Source of the DNA: Camelus dromedarius
Lineage: Eukaryota
Direction: 5' to 3'
NCBI RefSeq assembly: GCF_036321535.1
Contig: NC_087472.1
Coordinates: 90,832,001-90,896,000, forward strand
Length of the DNA stretch: 64,000 nucleotides
Of the stretch, positions 12,063-25,796 are shown in pieces. The translations under genes and the position numbers were made by a program. Under the pieces are notes generated by a model that did not search any database, was not told where the DNA came from, and worked only from the letters and a program-made list of their open reading frames with translations. Numbering within the stretch: the first letter of the stretch is position 1; the number at the start of each line of letters is the position of its first letter.

Positions 12063-15000
12063 ATGGCAATAAACACACATCTATCATTAATTACTGTAAA
12101 TGTCAATGGACTAAATACTCCAGTCAAAAGACAGAGTGGCAGATTGGACAATAAAGCAAGAACCTTCAATAGGCTGCATACAAGAGACCCACTTTAAGGA
12201 GAAGGACACATACAGATTGAGAGTGAAACGATGGAAAAGGATAGCCCATGCAAATAGAAAACCTAAGAAAGCAGGTGTTGCAGTACTGATTTCAGACAAA
12301 ATAGACTTTAAAACAAAGGCCCTAAAGAAAGATAAAGAAGGACATTATATAATAATTAAAGGAGTAATACAAGATGAAGATATTACACTCATTAATACAT
12401 ATGCACCCAATACAGGGGCACTTAAGTACACGGAGCAACTACTAACAGAGATAAAGGGGGAAACTGATGGGAATACAATCATTGTTGGAGATCTTACCAC
12501 CACAGTAACATCACTAGACAGATCTTCCAGACAGAAAATAAATTAGGCTACAGAAATTACAATAGAAAAATTAGACTTGGTGGATATTTTCAGAGCATTA
12601 CACCCCCAAAAATAGGATATACATTCTTTTCAACTGCACATGGAACATTTTCTAGGCTTTATCATCTACTTAGGCACAAAAGAAGCCTCAACAATTTTAA
12701 GAAGATAGAAATTATCTCAAGCATCTTTACTGACCACAATGCCATGAAACTAGACATCAACTCAGAAAAACAAAGGAGAAAAAAAGGACAGCATGGAGAT
12801 GAAACAGCATGCTACAAAAAAAAAACCAATGGGTCAATGATGAAATCAAAGTTGAAATTAAAAAACACCTTGAGACAAATGGCAATGAAAACACAACCAC
12901 ACAAAATTTATGGGACACAGCAAAAGCTGTGCTAAGAGGGAAGTTTATAGTGATACAGGCCTTCCTCAAAAAAGAACAATCTCAAATAAACAATCTAACC
13001 CACCCGCTAAAAGAATTAGAAAAATAAGAGCAAAAAAAAAAAAGCAGAAGGAAGGAAATAATAAAGATCAGGGAGGAAATAGATAAAATATTTAAGATTT
13101 AAAAAAATAGAAGAAAAACCAATCAAACCAAAAGCTGGTTCTCTGAAAATAAATAAAATCGACAAACCTCTGGCCAAACTCAAAAAGAAGAAAAAAGAGC
13201 ATAAATAAGCAAAATAAGAAAGGAAAATGGAGAAATTACAACAAATAACATAGAAATACAGAATATCATTTGAGAATATTATGAAAAACTATATGGAAGC
13301 AACATAGATAACCTAGAGGAGATGGACAAGTTTCTGGAAACATAAATCCACCAAGACTGAATCAAGAAGAAACTGACCACTTGAACACACCGATCACTAG
13401 AAGTGAAATCGAATTAGCAATAAAAAAAACCTCCCTACAAATAAAAGTCCAGGACCAGACAGCTTCACTGGGGAATTCTAGCAAACATACAAAGAACTCA
13501 TACCAATCCTCCTCAAACTCTTCAAGAAGTTTGAAAAGGAGGGAATACTCCCAAACTCATTCTATGCAGCCACCATCACCCTGATACCAAAACCAGGCAA
13601 AGACACTACCAAAAAAGAGAATTACAGACCAATACCAATGATGAAGATAGATGCCAAAATCCTCACCAAAATATTAGCAAATAGAATCCAACAGCACATA
13701 AAGAAGATTATACATCATGGTCAAGTGGGGTTCATCCCAGGGACACGAGGGTGATTCAACATACGCAGATCAATCAATGTAATACACCACATCAACAAGA
13801 GAAAGGACAAAAACCACATGATCATCTCAATAGATGCAGAAAAAACATTTGATAAAATTCAACACCCATTTATGATAAAAACTCTCACCAAAGTGGGTAT
13901 AGAGGGAACATATCTCAACATAATAAAAGCTATCTATGACAAACCTACAGCCAGCATAGTACTCAATGGTGAAAAACTCAAAAGCTTCCCAGTAAAATCT
14001 GGGACAAGACAAGGCTGCCCACAGTCACCACTCCTATTCAACATAGTCTTGGAAGTCCTCACCACAGCAATCAGGCAAGAGAGAGAAATAAAAGGGATCC
14101 AAATTGGAAAAGAAGAGGTAAAAGTGTCACTGTATGCCGATGATATGATACTATATATAGAAAACCCTAAAAGGTCCACACAAAAACTACTAGAGCTGAT
14201 CGAAGAATTCAGCAACGTAGCAGGTTCAAGATTAACGTACAAAAATCAGTTGCATTTCTTTACACTAATGATGAATCAACAGGAAAAGAAAACAAACAAT
14301 CCCCTTTAAAATAGCACCCAAATTAACAAAATACCTAGGAATAAATTAACCAAGGAGGTGAAAGAATTATACACAGAAAACTATAAACCATTGATGAAGG
14401 ATATTAAAGAAGACTTTAAAAAATGGAAAGATATCCCATGCTCCTGGATTGGAAAAATCAATACTATTAAAATGGTCACATTGCCCAAGGCAATCTACAG
14501 ATTTAATGCAATCCCTATCAAATTACCCAGGACATATTTCACAGAACTAGAACAAAACGTAATAAAATGTGTATGGAACCACAAGACCTAGAATTGCCAG
14601 AGCATCACTGAAGAAAAAGAAAGAGGCTAGAGGAATAACTCTCCCAGACTTCACACAATACTATAGAGCTACAGTCATCAAGACACCATGGTATTGGTAC
14701 AAAAACAGACATACACACCAATGGAACAGAATAGAGAGCCCAGAAATGAACCCACAAACTTTTGATCAACTCATCTTTGACAAAGGAGGCAAGAATATAC
14801 AATGGAATAAAGACAGTCTCTTCAGCAAATGGTGTTGGGAAAACTGGACAGCAGCATGTAAATCAATGAAGCTAGAACACTCCCTTACACCATACACAAA
14901 AATCAACTCAAAAGGGATCAAAGACTTAAACATAAGATAAGATACAATAAACCTCCTAGAGGGATATATAGGCAAAACATTATCTGACATACATCTCAAA

Positions 15001-15807
15001 AATTTTCTCCTAGAAGAAATAAAAGCAAGAATAAACAAATGGGACCTGATGAAACTTACAAGCTTCTGCACAGCAAAGGAAACCATAAGCAAAACAAAAC
15101 GACAACCTATGGAATGGGAGAAAATTTTTGCAAAAGATGAAACTGACAAAGGCTTGATCTCCAGAATATATAAGCAGCTCATACAAATTACTAAGAAAAA
15201 AACAACCCAATCCAAAAATGGGCAGAAGACCTAAACATACAATTCTCCAAGGAAGAAATACAATGATCAATAGGCACATGAAAAAATACTCAATATTGCT
15301 AATTATCAGAGAAATGCAAATCATAACTACAATGAAGTGTCACCTCACACCAGTCAGAATGGCTATCATTCAAAAGTCAACAAATGACAAATGCTGGGGA
15401 GAAAAAGGAACCCTCCTGCACTGCTGGTGGGAATGCAGCCACTGTGGAAAACAGTGTGGAGATTCCTCAAAAGACTAGGAATAGACTTACCATATGACCC
15501 AGGAATCCCACTCCTGGGCTTGTATCCAGAAGGAAATCTACTTCAGGATGACACCTGCACCCCAATGTTCATAGCAGCACTATTTACAATAGCCAAAACA
15601 TGGAAACAGCCTAAATGTCCATCAACAGGTGACTGGATAAAGAAGAGGTGGTATATTTATACAATGGAATACTACTCAGCCATAAAAACCGACAACATAA
15701 CGCCATTTGCAGCAACATGGATGCTCCTGGAGAATGTCATTCTAAGTGAAGTAAGCCAGAAAGAGAAAGAAAAATACCATATGAGATCGCTCATATGTGG
15801 AATCTAA
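12063..15807 (+). pseudogene. L1 ORF2p (endonuclease/reverse transcriptase), disrupted
   Basis: Fragments at 12136, 12809, 13818, 14358, 14569, 15049 and 15391 in different frames carry canonical ORF2 motifs (CIQETH, GTRQGCP, YADD, WCWENW). Confidence 0.95.
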
Positions 15808-16942
15808 AAAACAAAAAGAACATAAATACAAAACAAAACAGACTCGTTGACATAGAATACAAACTTGTGGTTGCCAAGGGGGAAGGGAGTGAGAAGGGAC
15901 AGACTGGGAGTTTGAAATTTGTAGATACTGACAGGCATATGCAGAATAGATAAACAAGATTATTCTGTGTAGCACAGGGAAATATAAACAAGATCTTGTG
16001 GTAGCTCACAGCGAAAAAGAACGCGACAATGAATATATGTATGTTCATGTATAACTGAAAAATTGTACTCTACACTGGAAATTGACACAGCATTGTAAAC
16101 TGACTATAACTCAATAAAAGAAAATACCTTTACACTTAAGTGAACTACAAAAAGAAGAGCAAACAAAGGCCAAAGTTAATAAAAGAAATACATTTCAGAG
16201 CAGAAATCAATGAAACAGAGATGTAATACACAATGGAAAAGAGCAACAAAACTACGAACTTGTTTTTTGAAAAGATAAACAAAATAGACAAAACCAGCTA
16301 GACTCACCAAGAAAAAGGACTCAAAATCAGAAATGAAAGAAGAGATATTACAACTTACACCACAGAAATACAAAGAATCATAAGACTGAAGAATAATTAT
16401 ATGCCAATTGGATAACCTAAAGGAAATGGGTTAATTCAAAGAAACATACAACCTGCCAGGAAAGAATCATGAGGAAATAGAAAATCTGAACAGATCAATA
16501 ATAAGCAAGGAGATTGAATCCATAATCAGAAGTCTCCCAGTAGAGAAAACCCCAGAATCAGATGGTTTCTCTGGTGAACTCTACCAAACATTTGAATAAC
16601 TAACACCAGTCCTTCTCAAACACTTTAAAAAAAACTGAAGAGGAAATAATACTTCCAAAATTATTTTACAAGGCCAGCATTACTTTGATCCCAAAGCTGG
16701 ATAAGGACACTACATGAAAACTATACACCAATATCTTGTGGATATATAGATTGAAAAATTCTCAACAAAATATTTGCAAACCAAATTTGACAATATATTA
16801 AAAAGATCATACACCATGACCAGTTGTATTGATCCTTCAGTTGCAAGGATGGTTCAACATATATAAATCAATCCATATGATATACCACAGTAAAAGAATG
16901 AAAGATAAACATCATCTGATAATCTCAAGAAATGCAGAAATA

Positions 16943-17838
16943 CAATGTTTTTTTTAATTTAACACCAAAAGCAAAGGCAACAAAACCAAAAATAAACAAA
17001 TGGGACTGTATCAAACTAAAAAGTTTCTGCACAGCAAAAGAAACCATTAACAAAAGGGAAAAATAACCTACAAAATGGGAGAAATATTTGCAAATCATGT
17101 AACTGTGACAAGTGGTTAATATTCAAAATAGACAAAGAACTTGCACAACTCAATAGCATGAAAAAAGTCCGATTTTAAAATGGGCAGGAGATCTGAATAG
17201 ACATTTTTCCAAAGAAGACACACACATGGCCAAAAGGTACGTGAAAAGGTGCCGAACATCACTAATCACTGGAAATGCACATCAGAGCCACCATAAGCTA
17301 GCATCTCACACCTGTTAGGGTGACCATCATCAAAAACACAAGCAGTGGGGCTGGGCCAGGAAGAGAGCCACGCCCGGAAGCTGTTCTTCAGGGGAGGGTT
17401 TGAGGAGCTGGCAGCAGTGGTCTCCCAGGAGGAATTCGAGACACCTTGCTGCTGCTGGGAAGAGTGGTTGGGGCGGCAGGGCCTCGGGCCTGACTCTGCC
17501 ACCCTGTGATGCTCACTGCATCCCTCACAGCTCCTCCTCTCCTGGCCCCTCTACCTGGACCTGCAGTTACTTCCCCCAGAACAGGGGAGTGAACTGCCCA
17601 TCCGAGGGCCACGCGCTCTCTGAAACTTTCTGGTATCATATACTGAATGAACTGAGTCCAGTGTTCTTATATCATTCATTTTGAAATCACATTTGTGAAA
17701 GCATACATTTTCAATCGGAACCTGAGACCCATCTCTGCAATTCATGACTATGCCAATTGCCACAAACATTTTAAGCACTTTAAACAAACACATGAATTAT
17801 TCCTCAATTCAACAAAAAAGTATTAAGACTATGAGTTA
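16943..17838 (+). repeat. Copy A of a ~0.9 kb direct duplication (partner 46558-47457)
   Basis: By-eye alignment shows about 15 substitutions and 3 small indels over ~900 bp. First ~400 bp is L1 ORF2, last ~500 bp is non-L1. Confidence 0.97.
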
Positions 17839-18876
17839 CGTTTACATTTGTAACTATAGTGATGAATGTTAACCAAGCTTATTATGGTAATCAATTAGCA
17901 GTATATACATATTTCAAATACTTATGTAGTACACCTAAAACTAACACAATGTTATATGTCAGTTATATCTCAATAAAAATAAATACAAAGGAATAATAGC
18001 TACTAATTTCAGTATCTTTCACCACCATTCAATACTCACCAGCTAATAATCAGCATCATTTATATACCATTAATATTATAAGAATGTAAACACACCATTT
18101 TTATGTAAAATTGAAACCATCTACCATAAATCATAATTTTAAAAGTCACTGAAGGTAAATATCAGGTACTAGATAAATTTTTTTTTTCCTTCTGAAAAAC
18201 TGGAGAAAGGCAGGAAAGGTATAGGTTGGAAATTGCCTAAAAACAAAATATGTGATTTAAATCACTAATCCAAAGGAAAACAATGTTGAGCATATTTGCT
18301 CATACACAGCCCCCCTTTTAAGAGAAAATCATATTCTAATACACAGGTTCTTTTTGTGTAAAGAGAAAATAGTTTGCTTGGGTGTAAACAAAATCATAAG
18401 TATAAGGATTCTTGTGTCTCAGCTGCACAGACTGGCTCAAATCACTTTTCAGGCAAGTAGAACCATTATCGTCGTTTCAATTAAGGAAAAGGAAGTGAGT
18501 TGGATGGCCTTTTATCCCTTCAAGAAAACCTACAACTATGGTGCATTTCGGAAGACTTAAAGAATATCTTGCCCATAGCAAACTATTTCATTTCTTTTAT
18601 CTCAGGTTAAATTGAGTTATTTCACTTCTTTTTTCCTTCAGTTCAGCAATGTCTATCATATCATGCTGTATCAGAGTACTTTTAAAACTTTGACTATGTC
18701 TTTCCTTATTTTGAAACATTCATTTTTAAGATGTTTCAGTCATTTCTTTGGCCCAACTTCATTGTAGCCATGAAACCTATAGCTAATAATCCAAAACGGA
18801 TTTTTATGCATGTCTGTGGGAATCACCTCGGAGTAAAGTCAAACTGAAGAATTAATGCTAAAGAATTGCCATTAAC

Positions 18877-19657
18877 TCACATGAAAAAAATGCTCAGTAT
18901 CACTAATTATCAGAGAAATGCAAATCAAAACTACGAGGTATCACCTCACACCAGTCAGAATGGCCATCATTCAAAAGTCCACAAATGACAAATGCTGGAG
19001 AAGGTGTGGAGAAAAGGGAACCCTCCTACACTGCTGGTGGGAATGCAGTTTGGTGCAGCCATTATGGAAACAGTATGGAGATTCCTCAAAGGACTGAAAA
19101 CAGACTTACCATATGACCCAGCAATCCCGCTCCTGGCCATATATCCGGAGGGAACTCTAATTCAAAAAGATACACACAGACCAATGTTCACAGCAGCACT
19201 ATTTACAATAGTTAAGACAGGGAAACAGCCTAAATGTCCATCAACAGATGACTGGATAAAGAAGTTGTGGTGTATTTATACAAGGGAATGCTACTCAGCC
19301 TTAAAAAAGAATAAAATCATGCCAATTACAGCAACATGGATGGACCTAGAGATTGAGTGAAGTAAGCCAGAAAGAACGAAAAATACCATATGATAGCACT
19401 CATATGTGGAACCTTAAAAATAAAAAAGATACAAGAGGACACTAATGAACTCATGTACAAAACAGAAAGAGACTCACAGACATAGTAAACAATTTCATGG
19501 TTACCAGGGGAAGGGGCGTGGGAAAGGATAAATTGCGGAGTTCAAGATTTGCAAAGGTTAACCACCATACATAAAAATAGATTTAAAAAACCAAGTTTCT
19601 TCTGTACAGCACAGGGAACTATATTCCGTATCTTGTAATAACCTTTAATGAAAAAAA

Positions 19658-19710
<53 letters not shown>

Positions 19711-19805
19711 TATATGTAGGTATATGCATTACTGGGACATTATACTGTACACCAGAAATTAACCCATTGTAACTGACTATACTTCAGGTTAAAAAAAAAA
19801 AAAAA
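18877..19805 (+). mobile_element. 5'-truncated young L1 with poly(A) tail and internal (TA)n
   Basis: ORF2 C-terminal fragment (18992-19360), 3'UTR similar to 15808-16120, A-tail 19791-19805, (TA)n at ~19663-19707. Confidence 0.93.
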
Positions 19806-21451
19806 GGTGCCTCCTCTTCCCCAGTTCGGCAAAATTTTGTATCGGTAATGGAACAAAGAGATGTGATCGACCCTGCGGTTGTCAGCCTCCTCTTCCTCCT
19901 GGAAGTATTTAATTCATTCCATCCTCTTCAGATAATGGCAGTTTAAAACCACAGGCAAAAAGAAACTAAAGATGCTGAATTTCATTTTTTCATTGCTAAA
20001 GGCATAAATATAAGCAAGCAGTATGTATATGTGGATGGGCAGATAGATATTGTACTTCCTTTTCCACCTTATTACCTAATTTCTTCAGCATTCATTTCCT
20101 CTCCTCAGAATATCAGAGGTTTCCTATGGTATGTTACCAAGATACAGACTCAGGGTTTTTGTCTACCCCAGGTCCTTACCCCTCCTTTCTAATAATGGTA
20201 TACAGCCTCACATCCACCTAGGATATGATTTTGTCTAAATGAGGAGCATTGCCAAAGATTCTTTTAGCTTGTACTTTAAGAAAGAACAATGAAAACTTGA
20301 TAATAAATGCAGGATTATAATCATAGTCGAAAATCCAAGTGGCATAGACCAAAGGAAATGACAAGCATATTTAAGTCATTAAATCACTGGCTCCCCAGTC
20401 ATTTCTAACTCTGATGTGAACCTGAGGTTGTCCTTAAGCATGTCCATTACTGTTGATTTGCCGAAGCAAGGTCTTGTTTTAAATGGAAGTAACAATGTGC
20501 AGAACAAACGGAGCTTCAAAAGGACTTATTTTCATTATTGGAAGATTGGATGTTATGAAAAATTACTTTCAAATGACCTTCAAAGTAAGTTCAAAATAAC
20601 TGTTTGCACTTAAGAAATTTCTTCCTTGCTGCAAGTGCTGTATTTCACTGACACATGAATACAGTAGAGACACAAATCGACAAAATCTACAAGGAGATTC
20701 CCACCCCCAGAGGAAGAACATCCATCACTAAGCTCCTTTCCATCCACTTCCTCATTCTCTCCTCCCATGAACAAATTCTCAAACATGGAAAAAACAATTT
20801 CCCTTTACAAGCCTCCAAACACATAATTATGATGAAGTAGCCCCATGTAACAAAGAAGAAAGGAACGTAACTTCCCAGGATAGCGCGTATCTACACTCCT
20901 TAGAATATCAGTATTTCATTACCGATATAGGTCATCCACAACTCTTATTTCTCCCTGTTACATTGGACTTTAAAGGTACTTGAGCTTTGTTTGTATTTTT
21001 GGTTAAATGTCACAGGAACAAGTGGGGAAAATACTGCAGTGTCTACACTCCTTTCTTACCTTCCTAAAGTGAATGCAAAATGTCACATTCTTCTTTTCTT
21101 TTGTGTTGAAGAGACACTGCAAGTGTGCGATAATAACTTTTTATTACAAGAGGAAACATTTCACATTTGTTAATGGGGCATAAACTTACAGCAAGTTTAT
21201 CTTAACTTCTAAGCAGATACACAGTTTTTTCCCCCAAAGATAATGACAGATAAATCCTGGCATGAAATTCTTCTTCCCTTGGAGGAACTGTTCCTGAATT
21301 ATTAAGCTTCGGGATTTTTATGTATGTTATTTATGAACAAGTAACAATGAATTTATAACGGATTTTAAAATGCCATCATGAACGTTTTCTCTAGTTCCTC
21401 TATTTTTCCCTTAAGTGTAATTTGCCATTATCTGTGTTTGCTTTCATTAAG

Positions 21452-21544
21452 GCGAGGAAGATCTTCTCAGTCCTCCCCAGGACACAAGCACAGGGTTAGA
21501 GGAAGTGATGGAGCAGCTTAACAACTCCTTCCCCAGTTCAAGAG
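21452..21544 (+). CDS. DMD: Dystrophin exon 77, 93 bp
   Basis: AG at 21450-21451, GTAAG donor at 21545. Translates (G)EEDLLSPPQDTSTGLEEVMEQLNNSFPSSR(G). Confidence 0.98.
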
Positions 21545-21769
21545 GTAAGCTCCGCTATCCAGAAGTCACTCAGACTTACTGGACATAGGCCATTTGTTTC
21601 CACACCCAACGAGGATGTGTTAGTTTCCATGTTTAAATAAACAGGTGCTGACAAACTTCCAATATGGGATCATTGTTACAAGATTTTATTTTCAAATGTG
21701 AACGTCTGGTTTGGAGTATTTTGAGTTCAAATACCTGTGTAATCAAGATGTTTCTAAAAATAAGAATAC

Positions 21770-21940
21770 TAACTACCATTTATAAAGTATTTTTACTTGT
21801 TTGGCACATTAGTCTGAAGAGTTAACTATGAGATAGCTTTCACTTCAAGAGCAATTATTAAGTGACTTTTAGAGACGAGGAAATTAATGCCCTGATGGTG
21901 CCTTTGCCAGGGACATACAGCTACTCTGTGATACAGCGAG
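21770..21940 (-). mobile_element. MIR SINE fragment
   Basis: ...aactaccatttataaagtatttttac... and ...ttttagagacgaggaaattaa... antisense MIR core pattern. Confidence 0.5.
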
Positions 21941-22395
21941 GTGCAGTACATGCCTAGTGTATGGTAGTGGTGGGGACTCTGGCTTGCAATCTGATGCCCT
22001 TCGTTTATATTTAAAACCTGTCTCTTACCCCATCAATTAAAGATAGGTACAATAAAATCTTTATGTAATACTTTGTTACTTTTTTCACCTCCATACCGTC
22101 TTCACAAAGAAAGGCATTAATATTATTTACTTTAAATATTAATATAGCTTAATATTGTTTAATATTATTATTTCTCCCCATCTCTTTGACCTTGTATATT
22201 TTGCCTCTGCTACCAAAAAAACAGCATTTTACGCTACTGATTTTTCCTACCAGCCAGTATCAGGTGCCTTGCTTCATCCAAAGAGGCATCTTGCTATTGT
22301 TAGTTTTTCAAAGTTTTTATTTTGGTCCATGGCCCTAACAGAAAACAGTCACTGACCCACCCACTCCCCTCTTCAGTGATTAAAAAGAATGGCAG

Positions 22396-22639
22396 ACAGC
22401 AATGGGGACTATAGTCAATAATACTGTATGGCAAATTTGAAATTTGTTAAGAAAGAAAATCTTAAGAGTTCTCATCACAAGAGAAAAAAAATTGTATGCT
22501 GAGAAAAAACTTTGTCTGTGACAGATGGTAAACAGACTCACCGGGGTGATCATTTCACCACGCATACAAACGTCCAATCACTAGGTTGTAACCTGAAACT
22601 CATATAATGTTGTATTTCAATTATACTTCAATTAAAAAA
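22396..22639 (+). mobile_element. Short L1 3' end with 14 bp target-site duplication
   Basis: AAAAAGAATGGCAG (22382-22395) vs AAAAAGAATGTCAG (22640-22653), TT|AAAA endonuclease site, A-tail. Confidence 0.88.
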
Positions 22640-24253
22640 AAAAAGAATGTCAGTGGTCACTCTGGGAGCTAATAGAGGAAATTCTGGAGAAGCCAAAGAG
22701 GGAAGCAGAAGGCTTTGTGGCCAGTGATTGGCACCCCTAATGGGCAGCCAGGGAGAAAAGGGCGACAGAGAATCTGGCTATTTGTTCCTCTCCATAAGGG
22801 CAACGAGGAGGGTGTTTTGAGTCATGTGTTTTTCCTATCTTTTTGTTCAGTGTCAGTTAACAATGGCCATTTCCCAGCTATTTGATGTGCGAGTGAACGT
22901 TGTGCAGCGCACATTAAAAGCAATAGTGTTCTGATAGAGCGTTGCTAAGGAACCATCAGGGGAAGCTAATTTTAAACGTCTGCACCAGCCACATTTTCAC
23001 CGCTGAGCACCTCTGATGTGTTGGTCTTAACAGATAAAAATCTTATGTTTTCCACCCACCTCCTTTCCCCCACCTGCCACCCTCTTCTCCATCCTGTCTT
23101 AGCTCTTTCCTCTCCCTAGATGCCATGATTTATAATGAGAAGACTGCAGACTGGCTTCACATAAATCAAATGTGTTCACCTCTACCCTGCCAGCCTTTAC
23201 TAGCACCTACTGTGTACCAGTGGAGGTGTTAGGGATGCAAAGAAGAAATGCCAGGCTCCTTGCCCTCAAGGTGCTTATGGTCAGCTGGGGGTACAGACTT
23301 CCCAAGAAGTTCATATCACAGCGCAGTAGTGTCACTGCTGTGACACAGAGGTGTGCGACAGGAGAGAGCCCTAGGAACGCCCTTTTACATCAACAGGACA
23401 GGGGTAGCCTTGAGCAGAGAAAAGTGTCTTCCTCAAGATCACAAAGCTACTAGCGGGGCCCGAACTCTGGGCCCCACACCTCACACACATTTCATTGACC
23501 CTAAGACGTGAATCATCCCAGCCCTTTGAACTGAAAGCTGGTTTCCCTGCTGTGGGTGAAGTTAGTGTCGGTGCCCTGGGCATTTCTTTCACATCTAAAC
23601 AGCTAGAGTATAGCAGAGGAGAGGCTACAGCAGGGCTCCAGCCTCTGCTTCCCCAGCACCAACCCTTTTGATCTCTGGGCCACCCTAATCATCTTTAAGG
23701 CGATATTTTTGTACCTTCTCCCTGCGTCCCCCCTTTTGGAGTCCCTGAAGCCAGACACCACATGAGTACGGAAGATTAGAAATATACCTCCTCTGATACG
23801 GCATTTCGCAGTCAGCATCTCTGATGTTTGTTATATTTACTTGTACAGTGTTATTTACATGGAAACCTGGGAAATTCTATTCAGGTCGCCTGGATAGTGT
23901 TTACTAAATTAGTGCTTTCGGAAGCATATCATCCCCTGACTGCTAACTTGAGTTCTCAAACACAGGATAAGGGGGCTTTGTCTGATACCGATTCCATTAA
24001 CTCAGTTCCTATTTACTCAGTAGTAACCCTGGTGACCTGAGAGAATTCATTCATTTCCCCGAAGAATACACAATCAAATAAATAAACAAAAAACATGTAA
24101 CAAGAGAGTAGATAAGGTGCTAGAAGATCTGGCTAGTTTTTCTGTGATGCCATGACCTTGACATTTTTTCCTTTTTTTTTTTTTTTTTTTTGGCTGCTTC
24201 CTACCAAATTATGTCTTATTATAGGACCTTTATGATTTTGCACCTAATTACAC

Positions 24254-25026
24254 TGTGTGGGTTTTCCCCCTCACCACCAAGCAATTCTCTTACACCAGCT
24301 GGGTGTCCTACAGTTCAACTCAATTCTCACGCTATCTACCCAGAGACAGGCTCAGAGCCCACAGGTTAACGGCTCAGTCTCACACGACTGCCTCTCCCTT
24401 CCTCACTTCTGAATGCCAATTGCAAGTCCAGGCTGTCCTCTGTGCTTCTGACCCACTGGCTGTAGACTAGAGATTCCCATGACTCTCTTCTTGGGTTTGA
24501 TTAATTTGCTAGAGTGGCTCAAAGAACTCAGAGAAACATTTTACTTACTAGATCACAGGTATATTATAAAAGGATGTAACTGAGGAACAGCCAGATGGAA
24601 CTGATGCTTACGGCAAAGTATGGGGAAAGGGTACAGAGCTTCCATGCCTCTCCAGGTGCACCACTCTCCTCACACCTCCGTGAATTCACCAACCCAAAAG
24701 CTCTCCAAACTCTTTCCTTTTGGGTTTGTATGGAGGCTGCATTATGTAGGCAGGATTTATTAAATCTTTGGTGATGACTGAACTCAACCTCTAGCCCTTC
24801 TCCCCTCCCTGGAGGTCAGGGGGTAGGACTGAAAGTTCCAACCCTCTTATCACTTGGTTGCCTCCCATGGCAACCAGTTGCCATCCTTAGGTACTTTCCA
24901 AAAGTCAGCTCCATAATGTAACAAAAGGCACCTTGCTGCTTCTCATCACAGGAAATTCCAAGGCACTCTGTGCCTGGAAACGGGATGAAGACTATAGTTT
25001 TCCTATTATAAAATCATAATATCATA
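24254..25026 (-). mobile_element. Solo LTR, MER21-like
   Basis: Characteristic ...caccaagcaattctc...accagctgggtgtcctacagttcaactcaattct... Reverse-strand start resembles TGTGATATTGTGA. Confidence 0.8.
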
Positions 25027-25321
25027 CCTTTTTCTCCATATATTTAAATACATAGAAAGTCTCATCATTGTAAGAATAGGCTGATCATCAGTGTACTCTA
25101 AAAAGTGCCTTTGTGTCTAACTAAAAGCATTTTTATTTTGAAATAATGGAGACTATATAAATACATATGTGGAGGATTTAGTGGGAACATCTTACCAATT
25201 AGTAGGTATATTAGGTTGATATTAAGCAGAAAATCTTAAAATTTCTAACATTGTGGGATCAACAGACTCTCCCAAATGGAAAGGTCTTGAAAGGTCATCT
25301 TCGCATCTTTGACATTCAAAA

Positions 25322-25796
25322 CAGTGGCTTTTGACCTTTTTTGACCATTATCCATAATTAAGAGAAACATTTTACACATCAAACTGCAATAAAGATATGA
25401 AACAAATTATTTGTGTGTATCTGTACACACACACATGTATATATCCACTGTGTATACACCACACATATATGTATATGTCACATAGATACAAAGGTCAGAA
25501 ACAAGTTTTATGAAACAGTTCTTTCTATACTGCATATAATTCACATTGTTTCTGTTTTATTTTTTTAAAAATAAAATGCTGCTTGCAACCCACTAAATTG
25601 ATTTTCTGATCCAGTTATATTCAATAACTTATAATAACCTTTATTGGAAAAGAATATGAAAACAAATATATGTATGTGTGTATATATATATATATATATG
25701 TATACATATGCATGACTGTGACATTATGCTATACACCAAAAATTGACACATTGTAACTGACTATACTTCAATTAAAAAAATTTTTTTAAAAAACTG
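25322..25796. mobile_element. Charlie4-like hAT remnant interrupted by a short young L1 3' end (~25613-25780, + strand)
   Basis: ...taagagaaacattttaca... and ...aaatgctgcttgcaacccactaaattgatttt... pattern. L1 tail ...aaattgacacattgtaactgactatacttcaattaaaaaaa. Confidence 0.65.

Larger units (their letters stand above)
10563..16124 (+). mobile_element. Younger near-full-length L1 (inactive), nested in the older L1
   Basis: 5' start ggggatcagccaacatggc. ORF1 from ATG 10792 (MKKQRNHSQLK...), ORF2 from ATG 12063 to 15807 with EN, RT (YADDMILY) and C-terminal motifs, broken by stops and frameshifts. 3'UTR ends AATAAA 16113-16118. Confidence 0.95.
9290..17990 (+). mobile_element. Older host L1 in intron 76 (pieces ~9290-10558, ~16121-16942, ~17849-17990), split by a younger L1 and by a 0.9 kb duplicated segment
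   Basis: Endonuclease remnants (INIYAPNIGTPKYI, VWDFNTTL). ORF2 resumes colinearly after 16121. L1 3' terminus with AATAAA at 17972-17977. Spacer resembles 42900-43430 of the downstream L1. Confidence 0.85.

Noticed and set aside
10563..16124. Active L1 or novel reverse-transcriptase system
   Set aside because: Ordinary L1 ORF1/ORF2 with many stops and frameshifts; not retrotransposition-competent.
17400..17684. ORF MRSWQQWSPRR... repeated at 47019-47207 as a duplicated small gene
   Set aside because: TTG start, a 4 bp indel shifts the frame between copies, and no recognisable homology. It only reflects the duplication.
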